NCBI GenBank assembly: GCA_000092065.1
Contig: CP000581.1
Strand: one strand, 5' to 3'
Length of the DNA: 64,000 nucleotides
Source of the DNA: Ostreococcus lucimarinus
Taxonomy: Eukaryota
Positions within the stretch are counted from its first letter, which is position 1, and every line of letters starts with the position of its first letter. Positions 49,579-59,435 of this stretch are shown here, piece after piece. Made by a program: the position numbers and the translations under genes. The notes beneath the pieces were generated by a model. The model saw only the letters and a program-made list of their open reading frames with translations, did no database searches and was not told where the DNA came from.

Positions 49579-50745
49579 ATGGCGCCTCTCGCGGCGCTCG
49601 ACGCTGTCCAGCGCGCGCGACGAGCGTCGGACGCGATCGAATCCGTCAAGACGTGGCTCCCGGACGCGCACGCGATGGACGACGCGATGCGACGCGCGCG
49701 CGTGAGCGCTGAAGGCGCGCCGGCAGTCAACGAACGCGCGCGCGAGGCGACGGCGCAGCGCGAGCGCGGGAACGCGGCGTATCGCGAAGGGAAATACGCG
49801 GCGGCGATCGAACACTACGACGCGTCGTGCGCGGTCGAGCGAAACGCGGCGGCGCTGGCGAATCGAGCGATGTGCTGGTTGAAGCTGGAGAAGTGGGACG
49901 CGGCGGAGGCGGATTGCTCGAGCGCGTTGGCGCTCGACGCGGTCGCGTTCGGGGTCAAGGCGTACCAGCGACGAGGTATGGCGCGACGGGAGATGGGAAA
50001 GTATTTGGAGAGTGCGATGGATTTCGAGGAAGCGCTGCGGTTGGAGCCGACGAGTAAGATTTTGAAGGAGGAGCGGGCGAAGAGTCAACGCGCGTTCGAG
50101 CTCGAGGCGAAGATACGGCCAACGCAGGCGCGCGTGAAAATACCCGTCGAGCACGATCGAGCGGTCGAGCGTGGTGATGATAGTTTAGTTGACGTCGATA
50201 TGGGCGCAGTTGAGAACGCGGCGTCGTGCGCGCGCGATAGCGTTGAGACGAGTCGACGCCCGGCGCCGGCGCCGGAGACCGGTCGCGACGACGATTTGGT
50301 GAGCAAGGCGGCGGCGATCGCGGCGAGCAAACCCGTCGTCGCTCCACGAAATGGCGCTGAGTTCGAACGCGCGTACAGACGCGAGATGAAAGCCGCGGCT
50401 TCGACGACATCGGCATCGCGTCGAGCGGAGATTCTCATCCTCGTCCCGCCGGACAAGTTGGAGACGATGTTCGCCGGCGGCCTCGACCCCGACATCCTCG
50501 CCGACGTCGCCACCATCGCCCTCGAGCATTGGTACGCCAAAGACGAAAACGCGTCCGCCGCTCTCGAGTGGCTCGAGCGTTTACGAGCCGTGCCTCGCTT
50601 CGCCGTCTCCGCGGCGCTTCGCCCGAGCGCCTCGTCCCGAGCGCTCGAGCGCGCTTTCGCCGCCGCGCGCGCCACCGCCGCGCGCGACGCGCGCGCGACG
50701 GCTCGCCTCGAGGCATTACGCGAAGCCTTTCGCGTTTTAGCTTAG
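49579..50745 (+). CDS. TPR-repeat protein (RPAP3/TTC4-like co-chaperone adaptor)
   Basis: Three TPR motifs (AAYREGKYAAAIEHYDASCAVERNAAALANRAMCWLKLEKWDAAEADCSSALALD...KAYQRRGMARREMGKYLESAMDFEEALRLEP). The upstream part of ORF 49099.. is a (GTC/GCC)n low-complexity tract, so the start was set at ATG 49579. A TGTAA lies 48 bp after the stop. Confidence 0.6.
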   Translation: MAPLAALDAVQRARRASDAIESVKTWLPDAHAMDDAMRRARVSAEGAPAVNERAREATAQRERGNAAYREGKYAAAIEHYDASCAVERNAAALANRAMCWLKLEKWDAAEADCSSALALDAVAFGVKAYQRRGMARREMGKYLESAMDFEEALRLEPTSKILKEERAKSQRAFELEAKIRPTQARVKIPVEHDRAVERGDDSLVDVDMGAVENAASCARDSVETSRRPAPAPETGRDDDLVSKAAAIAASKPVVAPRNGAEFERAYRREMKAAASTTSASRRAEILILVPPDKLETMFAGGLDPDILADVATIALEHWYAKDENASAALEWLERLRAVPRFAVSAALRPSASSRALERAFAAARATAARDARATARLEALREAFRVLA

Positions 50746-50792
50746 TCCAGTAGCGCGCCGCGCGGTCGTGGGTCTCGTCCGAGAATCACAGT

Positions 50793-50797
50793 GTAAT
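50793..50797 (+). terminator. TGTAA putative polyadenylation signal 48 bp after the TPR gene stop
   Basis: CAGTGTAATCCAGTAATCC. Confidence 0.35.
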
Positions 50798-50948
50798 CCA
50801 GTAATCCAACCTTCGACCAACCTCCGAGAGTGGGGCAATCGACCGTTCACGACTCAGCCGCGACGTTTCAGTTCGGCGAAAGGTCCCGCCGTCCGGTCGG
50901 CACGACGTCCGCAATCGGCGAACCGTCACACCGCGACTGCCGTCGCTC

Positions 50949-51575
50949 ATGGCGTCGCCGTCGGCGTCGCTGAGCGAAGGACGCGCGGTTGGCAAAAAGT
51001 CGCGCATTTCCGAAACCGTGTGCGAGGTGCGGTCGTACGCGAGCGAGTCCGACGACGAATGCGCGACGAAAGATCACCGCACGAAATCAAACTGGAGCGC
51101 GCGACCTCTCGGTTTGCGAAAGTCAAACTCGAGCGAGACGGTGGATGCGCGAAGCGGCGGGCGCGAAGCGGAGTATGAAATCGTGCGCGAGCGAAGATTG
51201 AGTGGGACAGAGGCGCGTGCGTTGGATGCGGATTCGATGTACGCGCGGGTGCGGTCGTTGAAAACGACGGAGGCTAGAAACGAAGACGCCGCCGAGCGAA
51301 GGCGACACGGTTCGTTTGATGTTTTGAACTTGCTCCAGGCGCTCGGCTCGGTTCATATGAGTCCAACGAGTCCAACGACGAGCGATCCTCTACCCACAGT
51401 CGTGTGCGAGTACACGGATGAGGGTGTGGAGGAGGAAGTGAGCTCTGGTACGTCGAGGCGCTGGCGTGGAGACGGCCCGAACGACGACCGCGCGGAGGAC
51501 GACGACTCTCAACCGAACGTCGGATCATTGCGGTCGACGTCGAGCTTCGTCAACACGCGGTCACTTGCGGCGTGA
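50949..51575 (+). CDS. hypothetical Ser-rich protein (208 aa)
   Basis: The ORF begins at a true ATG. It lies in a gap between two confident genes, TGTAA pentamers occur downstream and no domain is recognised. Confidence 0.3.
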   Translation: MASPSASLSEGRAVGKKSRISETVCEVRSYASESDDECATKDHRTKSNWSARPLGLRKSNSSETVDARSGGREAEYEIVRERRLSGTEARALDADSMYARVRSLKTTEARNEDAAERRRHGSFDVLNLLQALGSVHMSPTSPTTSDPLPTVVCEYTDEGVEEEVSSGTSRRWRGDGPNDDRAEDDDSQPNVGSLRSTSSFVNTRSLAA

Positions 51576-51689
51576 GGAAAATGGCCGTCGAATAATGTAC
51601 TTTACTTCATTCATGTTTCCTGTTCTTCAATTCTTGCACTGTTGAACATGCTACTTCTACGCATAGATGCCAGCTTGTAATCCACCATC

Positions 51690-53438
51690 CTAATCAGAAA
51701 TTTCACCCGCTGCGACGAGAAATGCGTGCTGTGCCGTCGATTCCTGCGTTTGTCGCCGCGCTTGACCTGGCGGCGGCGGTCCCTGTGGAAGCGGCGGCGG
51801 CGGTGCCTCCCAATCCATGCACGTGTTCTTCTCTGGCGGATGGCTCGAAGGCGGCGGTGACGGAACTTCTTCGCGTACGCTTGAGCGTAGTAACGACAGG
51901 TCTATGTCGCCGACGTCGATACCACCGTATTGATTTCCGAGCATCGCGGCGATGTCGTCAAATTCGTCTGCGTTGACGCCGTCTGCCTGTACTTTGATCG
52001 CCGGCTCTGGTTGCCGCTGTAGGCGCCTGTCAAACTCCTTCGCTTGTTGCTTCACTTTTTCGTGTCTAAATTTCGAGATCGCCTGCTTCCCGATCAGGAT
52101 CTCAGTCTCTGAAAGCACTTCTCGACCTTCCCAGATGGATAAGACTTTTTGAACCGCTCGACGTCTGTGTCTCGCGTGCGCCTCGCCGATGGTGGCGCCG
52201 TCTTGTACTTCGACGCCCTTCATCTCTGTCGCTTCATCAATCCTTACGATGGCGATCATGTGCTTCACAATGTCGGTCAGATGCTTGCGTAGCGCCTTTT
52301 TGTACATTGCGTGCGTGGCTTCGGATCCTCCGCGCGCGTCAACACGACTGGCTTGAACGATGGAGTCGAGCAGATAAAACAGAGTCAACCGTGTAGAAGC
52401 GGACGTCGCGAGGTCGGCGATTCGTTCTCTGAGCGTCGAAACCAAGACTTCAGGAACGGCTTCGTACTTTGAAATGCTAAGAGCCTCCTGAGTGTACTCA
52501 TACATCACTTGTCGACTCATCCTGAGATCAGGAAGCTTCGAAATGAATGCGTCGACGGCGGAACGCGCCGCCGAACTCAAACTCGAACTCGCCTCCTCGG
52601 GTTCGCCCCTCGTGTCCTCTCTCATCGATTGCGTTCGTATGTCGTTGACGATACTCATGACATCTAACGATGGTCGTTTGGCCGCCGCCACTGGCGTCTT
52701 TGGCCGATCCGCGAGCGTTTTCTTGCGCTCCTCGTGCTGTTTAATTCTCTCAGCCACGAGCGCCTCCGCCTTCTCGACGTTCTTCTCGGCTCCCCAAATC
52801 TCGACCACCGCATTTTTTGTCGGATGACACCGCAGCGACGCGCCAGATTTCCACTGTAACACCGGTATGTTATCCGAATTCTTCCCCATGACGTACACGA
52901 GCGCTTGAGCGTTTCCGCAATCCACCTCGATCCAGATCCCCGGCTCCGGCGTCGGCGATTTCGGCGTCTTCGCGCGTTCGTGTTCCACGCTCGACACCAG
53001 CCCTCCTCGCGCACCCGTACCAATCGTCCCCACGGCCTTCGTCGTTCTCCAATCTTCATCCTCTGCCTCCTCTCCTTCCTTCCGCACCTCTTCGTACTCG
53101 TCCGAGTCCTCGTCCGACCACGCGCGCTTCGCCTTTTTCGCCTTTCTCCCCGCGTCGCCCTTCGCCTTCCCCGCCTTCTCTCCTCCTCGCGATCGCCGCG
53201 CGACCTTGATCCCGCGCGACGCCGCGTATTTCGCGTACCCCGCGCGCTCGCTCATCGGCGGGCAGCTCGCGCGATTCGTGTGCGGCGTCGCGCGACACTT
53301 TTGGCATCCGCCGAGCGACCAGCGGCACTTCGGACACCCGAGGACGTCGAACGACGCGGGATGCGACGGCGCGGCGGCGGCATCGCCGCGGACATCGCCG
53401 TCGTCGACGCGCGCGTCCGTCGCGGGCGGCTCAGACAT
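51690..53438 (-). CDS. KH-like + CID (RPR) domain protein with N-terminal CxxC...CxxC zinc motif and Pro-rich tail
   Basis: The CID/RPR domain is recognisable at the C-terminal half (TRLTLFYLLDSIVQASRV ... ALRKHLTDIVKHMIAIV). There is a KH-like GxxG segment (VMGKNSDNIPVLQWKSGA) and an N-terminal motif GCPKCRWSLGGCQKCR. The start was set at the internal ATG 53438 (MSEPPATD). Confidence 0.55.
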   Translation of the reverse strand: MSEPPATDARVDDGDVRGDAAAAPSHPASFDVLGCPKCRWSLGGCQKCRATPHTNRASCPPMSERAGYAKYAASRGIKVARRSRGGEKAGKAKGDAGRKAKKAKRAWSDEDSDEYEEVRKEGEEAEDEDWRTTKAVGTIGTGARGGLVSSVEHERAKTPKSPTPEPGIWIEVDCGNAQALVYVMGKNSDNIPVLQWKSGASLRCHPTKNAVVEIWGAEKNVEKAEALVAERIKQHEERKKTLADRPKTPVAAAKRPSLDVMSIVNDIRTQSMREDTRGEPEEASSSLSSAARSAVDAFISKLPDLRMSRQVMYEYTQEALSISKYEAVPEVLVSTLRERIADLATSASTRLTLFYLLDSIVQASRVDARGGSEATHAMYKKALRKHLTDIVKHMIAIVRIDEATEMKGVEVQDGATIGEAHARHRRRAVQKVLSIWEGREVLSETEILIGKQAISKFRHEKVKQQAKEFDRRLQRQPEPAIKVQADGVNADEFDDIAAMLGNQYGGIDVGDIDLSLLRSSVREEVPSPPPSSHPPEKNTCMDWEAPPPPLPQGPPPPGQARRQTQESTAQHAFLVAAGEISD

Positions 53439-53521
53439 CGCGCGCGGTCGCGCGCGGCGGTGTGCGGGACGACGCGATCGCAATCCGGTTGGCCGATGAC
53501 TTTCGCGGTTTGATTGTGTTT

Positions 53522-53567
53522 GACTACGAGCTACGGGCTACGAGCTACGAGCTACGAGCTACGAGCT
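53522..53567. repeat. heptanucleotide microsatellite (CTACGAG)x6
   Basis: A direct read of the 127-bp spacer between the JmjC stop and the KH/CID start gives ACTACGAGCTACGGGCTACGAGCTACGAGCTACGAGCTACGAGCTAA. Confidence 0.85.
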
Positions 53568-55092
53568 AAAACCAGAAATTGACGCTCACGGACGAGGTCA
53601 AGGAACGGACGTAGTGCCAGTGACCTTTGGGCATGAACAGGACGTCGCCGGGCGCGAGGATGGTTTCCAGAAACTTTGCGGCGAGCGCGCGGGGATGCTC
53701 GCGAGAGACGGTCGGGCTCTCGGGATCGACGGGCGACCGGGTGAAATTATTCACGTTTGAGCCGCGCAGGGTGTCGGTGTCGGCGACGTAAAGGTGTGGA
53801 GTCTCACTCACGGCGTAGATGCGGACGTATTTGTACCCGGATACTTGGCAGAGGAGGTTGAGGTACGGGTCGCGATGAATCGCGGTTCTCGTGCCGGCCG
53901 TGCCCAGCCACAGGTTGACCGCGGATGTCTCCACGCGAAGCCTGCCTAAGGTGTACGGAATCACCGTGAACGTGCTCTGAAGTTCGGGTATTTGGTGGAA
54001 TATCGGGTGCTGCGAGACGTACGCCACCTTGTCGCTCGTCGGCGCGCCGTCGTGCGCCGCGTTGGAAGGCGCGAGAAAATCGCGCGCAAACGATCCGAGC
54101 GTGGTGATCCCGACGCCGTGGCTATCGAACGCCGTACCGTATTCCACGGGAACGATTGTGTCCGCATACTTTTCGAACGCGTCGAGATTTTTAAAAACGT
54201 CCAACGCGGCCCAGTTCTCGCCGTCCTCGTCGAGATGGCCTCGAATCACGACCGGAGTCTCCGAGGCGACGAAGTCTGCGTAAAATCGCGGCGCCGTTAA
54301 CGAGCGCGCGTCCTCGAAATGAATCTGTCGGCTCGGTTCGATCGTCGGAACCCCACTCATCGGTAGCGTCGTCGGAATCGCGCTGTTCAAAGGAAACGCC
54401 CGGCGTCCCTCGGCGTCGTCGGGCTGAAACGCGCGTTCGACGAGTAAAATGGCGCTCGCGCACCACGTCGGAACGCACCCTCGCTCGAATAACGTCGTCG
54501 CGGTGAGTAAATCCAACCCAATCCTCCCCAGCCGCTCTCTCGCGCTCCATTCCGCCCCCCGACACGCCGCGCTCGCCGTGGGATCGTCCTCGAGCGCGCC
54601 TTCGTCGACGTCTTCCCCCGCGTCGCTCGCCGTCGCCGCGACGCCCGCGACGACGAGCCATCCGTGCGCCAGCGTGTGCGCCTCCAAGAACCCACTCACC
54701 GGCCAATTCCCTCGTCCCAACTGTTCGCCGCACGCCTCGATCGTCCGTTTCGCCCATCGCGCGCACGCGTCCCACGTCTCCGCTCGCGCGTTCGCCGCGC
54801 ACCTCGCGAGCGCGTCCCTCGCGCGTCGTCCGCTCGGCGCGAACTCCTCCAGCTCCGCCGCCGTCGACGCCCACCCCGCGTCGTGCGCGCGCGCGATTTC
54901 CTCCGCCACCGCTCGCGCGTCGCGCGTCGCGCCGTCCCTCGCGCGCGCGCCGCTCCACAGCTCGCGCGCGTTTTCGAAGAACGCGTGCGTCGCCGCCGCG
55001 CGCGCGTCCCTCGCGTCGTCGCGCGCGCGCGCCGTCGTCGCGCGCGCGCCGTCGTCGCGCCCGAACGCGTCCCACGCGTCGGCGGTCGCCAT
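53566..55092 (-). CDS. JmjC-domain 2OG/Fe(II) oxygenase (hydroxylase/demethylase-like)
   Basis: A C-terminal JmjC cupin carries the Fe-binding HxD...H (TAIHRDPYLNLLCQVSGYKYVRIY ... LFMPKGHWHYVRSL). The start was set at the internal ATG 55092, because the longer ORF begins at TTG 55494 through low-complexity sequence. The stop at 53566-68 was verified. Confidence 0.7.
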   Translation of the reverse strand: MATADAWDAFGRDDGARATTARARDDARDARAAATHAFFENARELWSGARARDGATRDARAVAEEIARAHDAGWASTAAELEEFAPSGRRARDALARCAANARAETWDACARWAKRTIEACGEQLGRGNWPVSGFLEAHTLAHGWLVVAGVAATASDAGEDVDEGALEDDPTASAACRGAEWSARERLGRIGLDLLTATTLFERGCVPTWCASAILLVERAFQPDDAEGRRAFPLNSAIPTTLPMSGVPTIEPSRQIHFEDARSLTAPRFYADFVASETPVVIRGHLDEDGENWAALDVFKNLDAFEKYADTIVPVEYGTAFDSHGVGITTLGSFARDFLAPSNAAHDGAPTSDKVAYVSQHPIFHQIPELQSTFTVIPYTLGRLRVETSAVNLWLGTAGTRTAIHRDPYLNLLCQVSGYKYVRIYAVSETPHLYVADTDTLRGSNVNNFTRSPVDPESPTVSREHPRALAAKFLETILAPGDVLFMPKGHWHYVRSLTSSVSVNFWF

Positions 55093-55674
55093 GCGCGCGC
55101 CGCTGTCGCGACGTCGCGTCTTCGCGGCGGCGCGGCGCCGATCGACACAGAACGACGCTCGGATGCCGGCCGAGGAAGACGCCGTCGAGCTCGGCTCGTG
55201 CTTCGAGCGGTTCACGAGCGCGGTGTGCGCGTCGTCGGCGTTCGGCGCGGTCGTCGGGTGCGCGCGCGCGGCGTGGGGGGCGGACGCGCCCGCGGTGTTC
55301 CGATCGCGCTCGTTTCCCGCGGTCGCGAAGACCGCGGGCGCGCTCGCGAGCGGCGCGGCGCTGTTCGGCGCCATCGGAGGCGCGTACGCGAGCGTGACGT
55401 GCGCGGCGGAGAGCGCGCGGAACGCGAGGGACGCGTACAACGGCGCGCTGGGGGGGCTGGCGAGCGGCGCGGTGGTGGGGTTGCGCAACGGCAAGGTCGG
55501 ACACGCGGCGAGCGCGGGGGCGGCGTTCGCGCTCGCGAGCGCGGCGGTGGACGCGTCGGGACGGAAGATCGCGCGAGGCGACGCGTGGGAAGACAGGGCG
55601 ACGCCGGAGCGGATCGCGTATCCGTATCGCGAAAGACGCTAGGGCGAACGCGAGGCGATCGAGTCGAGCGGGAC

Positions 55675-55711
<37 letters not shown>

Positions 55712-55955
55712 AGGCGCGCGCGCGTCGGAGACGCACCGCGAGGACGGACGAGTCGATGCCGCGATCGTCATCGCGATCGACGCCGCGCGCGTATTGTAAC
55801 ATCATTCGAGGACGTGAAGTCGAACATCTTCGTCGCGCGCTTCGATTTCGCGGCGTCGAATTGAGATTCAAACCACCCGCGACAGCTCCTCCATAAATCG
55901 CCGCTCGACGTCCGCGCGCGCCTCGCACTCGCGCGCGGACGTCGACGCGATCGGC

Positions 55956-57779
55956 ATGGGCATCGCGTCCCTCCTTCCGACGCTGAAATCCATCTCAAGA
56001 CACGCGCACGTCGGCGAAACGTACGCGGGACAAGTCGTTTGCGTCGACGCCTACGTCTGGCTTCATCGCGGTGCCTACGCGTGCTCGCGCGAGCTGTGCG
56101 AGGGATTGCCGACGCGCAAGCACGTGGAATACTTTTTAAATCGCGCGCGAACGCTGAAACGGGCGAACGTGCGGGCGATATACGTGTTCGACGGTGGACG
56201 ATTGCCGGGGAAGGCGAACGAGGAGGCGCAGCGGAGACGAAATCGAAGCGAAGCGCTGGCCAAGGCGAAAGCGCACGCGAGGCAGGGGAACGCGAGCGCG
56301 GCGAATGATTTTTATGTGCGAGCGGTGGATATCACGCCGGAGATGGCGCGGGAGGTGATCGAGGCGCTGGCGAGGGAAGGATTCGAGAGCTTGACGGCGC
56401 CGTACGAGGCGGATGCGCAGATGGCGTACTTGGTGAAGAATGGCTTCGTGGCGGGAGTGATCACGGAGGATAGCGATTTGATCGCGCATGGGTGTCGGAG
56501 CGTGTTCACAAAGATGGCAGGTGATGGTTCTGGCATAGAAATCCGCTTCGAGGAGTTGGGGAGGAATCGCGGGTTGAGTTTCGTCGGGTTCACGCCCGAT
56601 ATGTTTTTGGAAATGTGCGTACTCAGCGGGTGTGATTATTTACCGTCTTTGAACGGCGTGGGGGTGAAGAAGGCGCACAGCCTGATTCGAAGATTCAAAA
56701 CTTACAATAAGGTCTTGCGTCACATGAAGTTTGAGGGGATAGCGGTGCCGAAGGATTACGAGTCGCGTTTCGTCGACGCGTTGCTCACGTTCAAATATTC
56801 GTGGGTGTATTGCCCGCAAAGGCGAGAGATCGTGAACTTGAACGATCCAGTGGGGGTGTTGGATCAGAGTTTGATTGACGACTTACCGAGACTCATAGGT
56901 GCGTATCATCCGCCCGAGGTAGCGAGAGCGTTGGCGAACAACGAGGTGCATCCAATGACGCTCGAGGCTTTCGGCGGAGTGCGAGCGCCTCATCGTCGAC
57001 AGCACATAGCCGCGTTGGCGCCATCGACGAGCGCGCCGATCCTAAGGCCTGAAGACGCATGTGACGACGACGCGCTCGGCGCGCTGCCGGAAAGACCTTT
57101 GACATCGACGAAGCAAAACGCTTTCACGAGTTTTTTGCGCGAAAAGCCCGAGGACGACGTGCAGACGTATCGAGCTGCGCTCGTGCGCGCAAGTGCACCG
57201 ATGCAAATCGTGCAGCCACCTCGCGTCGGAAAGTCGTTTTACGCCGCGATCCAGGGTCACGAGATTAAAACGCCGCTGGATAAGCGGCTGCGTAGACAGA
57301 GTACGGATCGCCCGATCGTGGCCCGCGAAGAGGCGCTGAGAGTGCCGGACTCGGTGGAGAAGATCACGCCCAAGCATAACTCGCGATTGCCGAAGGATAT
57401 TTCAAACATTACGGGACGCGTGATTTACGAAACACCGATCGTGCAGACGTCAGTGAAGAAGAGTCCATACTTTGCGAACGTGAAGACGCCGCCGAAATCA
57501 ACCGGACCATCCGAGTTGTACGCAAAGATCGCGAAAGATTCGATCGATCGAGTCAAACAGAGCGTACATGTCGAACTCGGCGTCGCGGAACCTTCGACAC
57601 ATGCCACCAAGCGCCAAGAACGAACGCCGACGAGAACGACACCCGCGAGAGCGGCGAAGAAGTCTCGCGCCGCCGGGACGTCGTCGAGCAGACGACGCGG
57701 CGACGGACAAAAGCGAAAAACCGGTAACGACAAGTTTTGGCAAATGTCGCTCTTCGAGTCGTTCGCGTTCGAAAAATAA
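55956..57779 (+). CDS. EXO1: exonuclease 1 (XPG/Rad2 family 5'-3' exonuclease)
   Basis: The XPG-N domain (MGIASLLPTLKSI...VCVDAYVWLHRG) and XPG-I domain (VITEDSDLIAHGC) with the H3TH fold, followed by a disordered C-terminal tail. ATG at 55956 checked. Confidence 0.85.
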   Translation: MGIASLLPTLKSISRHAHVGETYAGQVVCVDAYVWLHRGAYACSRELCEGLPTRKHVEYFLNRARTLKRANVRAIYVFDGGRLPGKANEEAQRRRNRSEALAKAKAHARQGNASAANDFYVRAVDITPEMAREVIEALAREGFESLTAPYEADAQMAYLVKNGFVAGVITEDSDLIAHGCRSVFTKMAGDGSGIEIRFEELGRNRGLSFVGFTPDMFLEMCVLSGCDYLPSLNGVGVKKAHSLIRRFKTYNKVLRHMKFEGIAVPKDYESRFVDALLTFKYSWVYCPQRREIVNLNDPVGVLDQSLIDDLPRLIGAYHPPEVARALANNEVHPMTLEAFGGVRAPHRRQHIAALAPSTSAPILRPEDACDDDALGALPERPLTSTKQNAFTSFLREKPEDDVQTYRAALVRASAPMQIVQPPRVGKSFYAAIQGHEIKTPLDKRLRRQSTDRPIVAREEALRVPDSVEKITPKHNSRLPKDISNITGRVIYETPIVQTSVKKSPYFANVKTPPKSTGPSELYAKIAKDSIDRVKQSVHVELGVAEPSTHATKRQERTPTRTTPARAAKKSRAAGTSSSRRRGDGQKRKTGNDKFWQMSLFESFAFEK

Positions 57780-57866
57780 TATCGCACGATCGCGTCTAGT
57801 CCATTATTATCTTAGTCTACCATCGTTACATTGGAATTCGTCCGCCTCTTCGCGCGCCGCGAGTCG

Positions 57867-58490
57867 TCACCGCCTCGCGAACGCGTTCGGGATTCGCCCC
57901 GTGCGCACATCTCGCAGCATTTCCCCCGACCGCGCGTGCTTCTCCATCAATCTCGCGCGCACAAACTCGCTCGCCGTCTTCGGCACCGCCCCCCCCCCGT
58001 CGTCGTCCTCCGCGTCCAGCGCCACGACCTCGAAACCGTCCCGCTCGTACGCCCGTCGTTTCGCCTTCTTCCCCTTCTTCTTCTTCTTCTCCCGCTTCCG
58101 CTCCCCCATGTGCGCCTCGTACGCGTCCAACTCATCGTCATCGCGCCTCGCCCGCTTCTTCTCCCCGAACACCGCGTCGACGACGCTCTCCGGCAGCGCC
58201 TCGAGTTCGTCATCCGCCGCCGCCGCCGCCATCGCCGCCTCCGTCCGTTTCGTCCGCGCCTCCGCCTTCGCTTTCGCGCGCGCGTCCTCCGCGTCTCGTC
58301 GCGCGACTTTCGCCGCGTTCTCGCTCGCCTTCGCGCGCGCCCGCGCCGCGCGCTCGTCGTCGCGCCGCCTCGCGACGTCGGCGCGCGCGCCGCGTCCCGA
58401 CACTTCCTCGGGCGCGTCGTCGTCGCTCGCGCCCGCGTCGCGCGCGCCGCGCGTCGTCGTCGCGCGCGCCGATCGACGCGTCGCCGGCAT
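57867..58490 (-). CDS. small basic K/R/E-rich protein (probable nuclear/nucleolar; hypothetical)
   Basis: 207-aa ORF from a true ATG at 58490 with a charged low-complexity centre (KKRARRDDDELDAYEAHMGERKREKKKKKGKKAKRR) and a conserved-looking C-terminal block ...EFVRARLMEKHARSGEMLRDVRTGRIPNAF. No family is assigned. Confidence 0.4.
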   Translation of the reverse strand: MPATRRSARATTTRGARDAGASDDDAPEEVSGRGARADVARRRDDERAARARAKASENAAKVARRDAEDARAKAKAEARTKRTEAAMAAAAADDELEALPESVVDAVFGEKKRARRDDDELDAYEAHMGERKREKKKKKGKKAKRRAYERDGFEVVALDAEDDDGGGAVPKTASEFVRARLMEKHARSGEMLRDVRTGRIPNAFARR

Positions 58491-58582
58491 CGCCGCGCGT
58501 CGATCGCGAGCGCGCTCGCGCGCGTCGTCGTGTGGCCGTCGCGCGCGCGCGGTCGCGTCGATTCGTCACTCGGCCGCGCGCC

Positions 58583-59311
58583 ATGACGCGCGCGCGCGCG
58601 ACGAGCGAGATCACGTGCGGCGACGCGCGACGAGGGTGCGGCGCGCTGCTCAGCTACCCCACCGGATCGCCGCTCGTGCGGTGCGCGCTGTGCGATCACG
58701 TGACGCGAACGCCGGCGGCGACGGATCCGACGCGGCGACGCGCGGTGGCATTCGATTTCGATTTCGACGACGCGGGCGCGCGCGACCGCGAGGCGCAGGC
58801 GCGGTGCGTGGGATGCGACGTCGTCATGCGATTTCCCGCGGACGCGACGCACGTGCGGTGCGCGATGTGCGACGCGGTGAACGTGAACGCGCGAACGGGG
58901 ACGAGGGCGCCGCGCGCGAGCGGGACGCGAGCGTCGTCGGCGCTCGCCGCGCGCGACGCGGCGCGGGAGCGCGCGACGCGGAACGCCGACGACGCTTGGG
59001 CGCGAGGGACGGCGTACGTGCGGTGCGAGGGGTGTCGGGTGACGCTGGCGTATCCGGGAGGGTCGGCGTCGGTGCGGTGCTCGGCGTGCGGCGCGGTGAC
59101 GCGGTGCGCGGAACGCGCGACGCCAAGCACGACGGGGGAGGGGAGTTCGGTGAAGAGCGCGCGGGGAGGAGACCACGCGACGTTGACGAGCGACAATTTA
59201 GTCGTCGTGGAGAATCCGCCGACGGTGAGTGAGAGTGGGAAAATCGTGTCGAACATCGCCGTCGGCGTGCGGTTGGGGAGCGACGGCGGGGAATCGCGGC
59301 GCGGCGAGTAG
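58583..59311 (+). CDS. LSD1-type zinc-finger protein (three zf-LSD1 repeats)
   Basis: Three C-x2-C-x(9-10)-[YF]P-x-G-x-x-x-V-R-C-x2-C units (CGDARRGCGALLSYPTGSPLVRCALCDHV, CVGCDVVMRFPADATHVRCAMCDAV, CEGCRVTLAYPGGSASVRCSACGAV). The first ATG is at 58583, because the ORF was called from GTG 58532. Confidence 0.75.
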   Translation: MTRARATSEITCGDARRGCGALLSYPTGSPLVRCALCDHVTRTPAATDPTRRRAVAFDFDFDDAGARDREAQARCVGCDVVMRFPADATHVRCAMCDAVNVNARTGTRAPRASGTRASSALAARDAARERATRNADDAWARGTAYVRCEGCRVTLAYPGGSASVRCSACGAVTRCAERATPSTTGEGSSVKSARGGDHATLTSDNLVVVENPPTVSESGKIVSNIAVGVRLGSDGGESRRGE

Positions 59312-59435
59312 GACGTAGTCATTTCGCGGTCGAGCCGAGAAACGCCGCGATCGAGATGAATGTGTTTTGTAGCACTATTTTACAAGCAAGCGTGTATCGA
59401 TACAACCCCGATCCGAGAATCCGAGGTCTCCCGTC

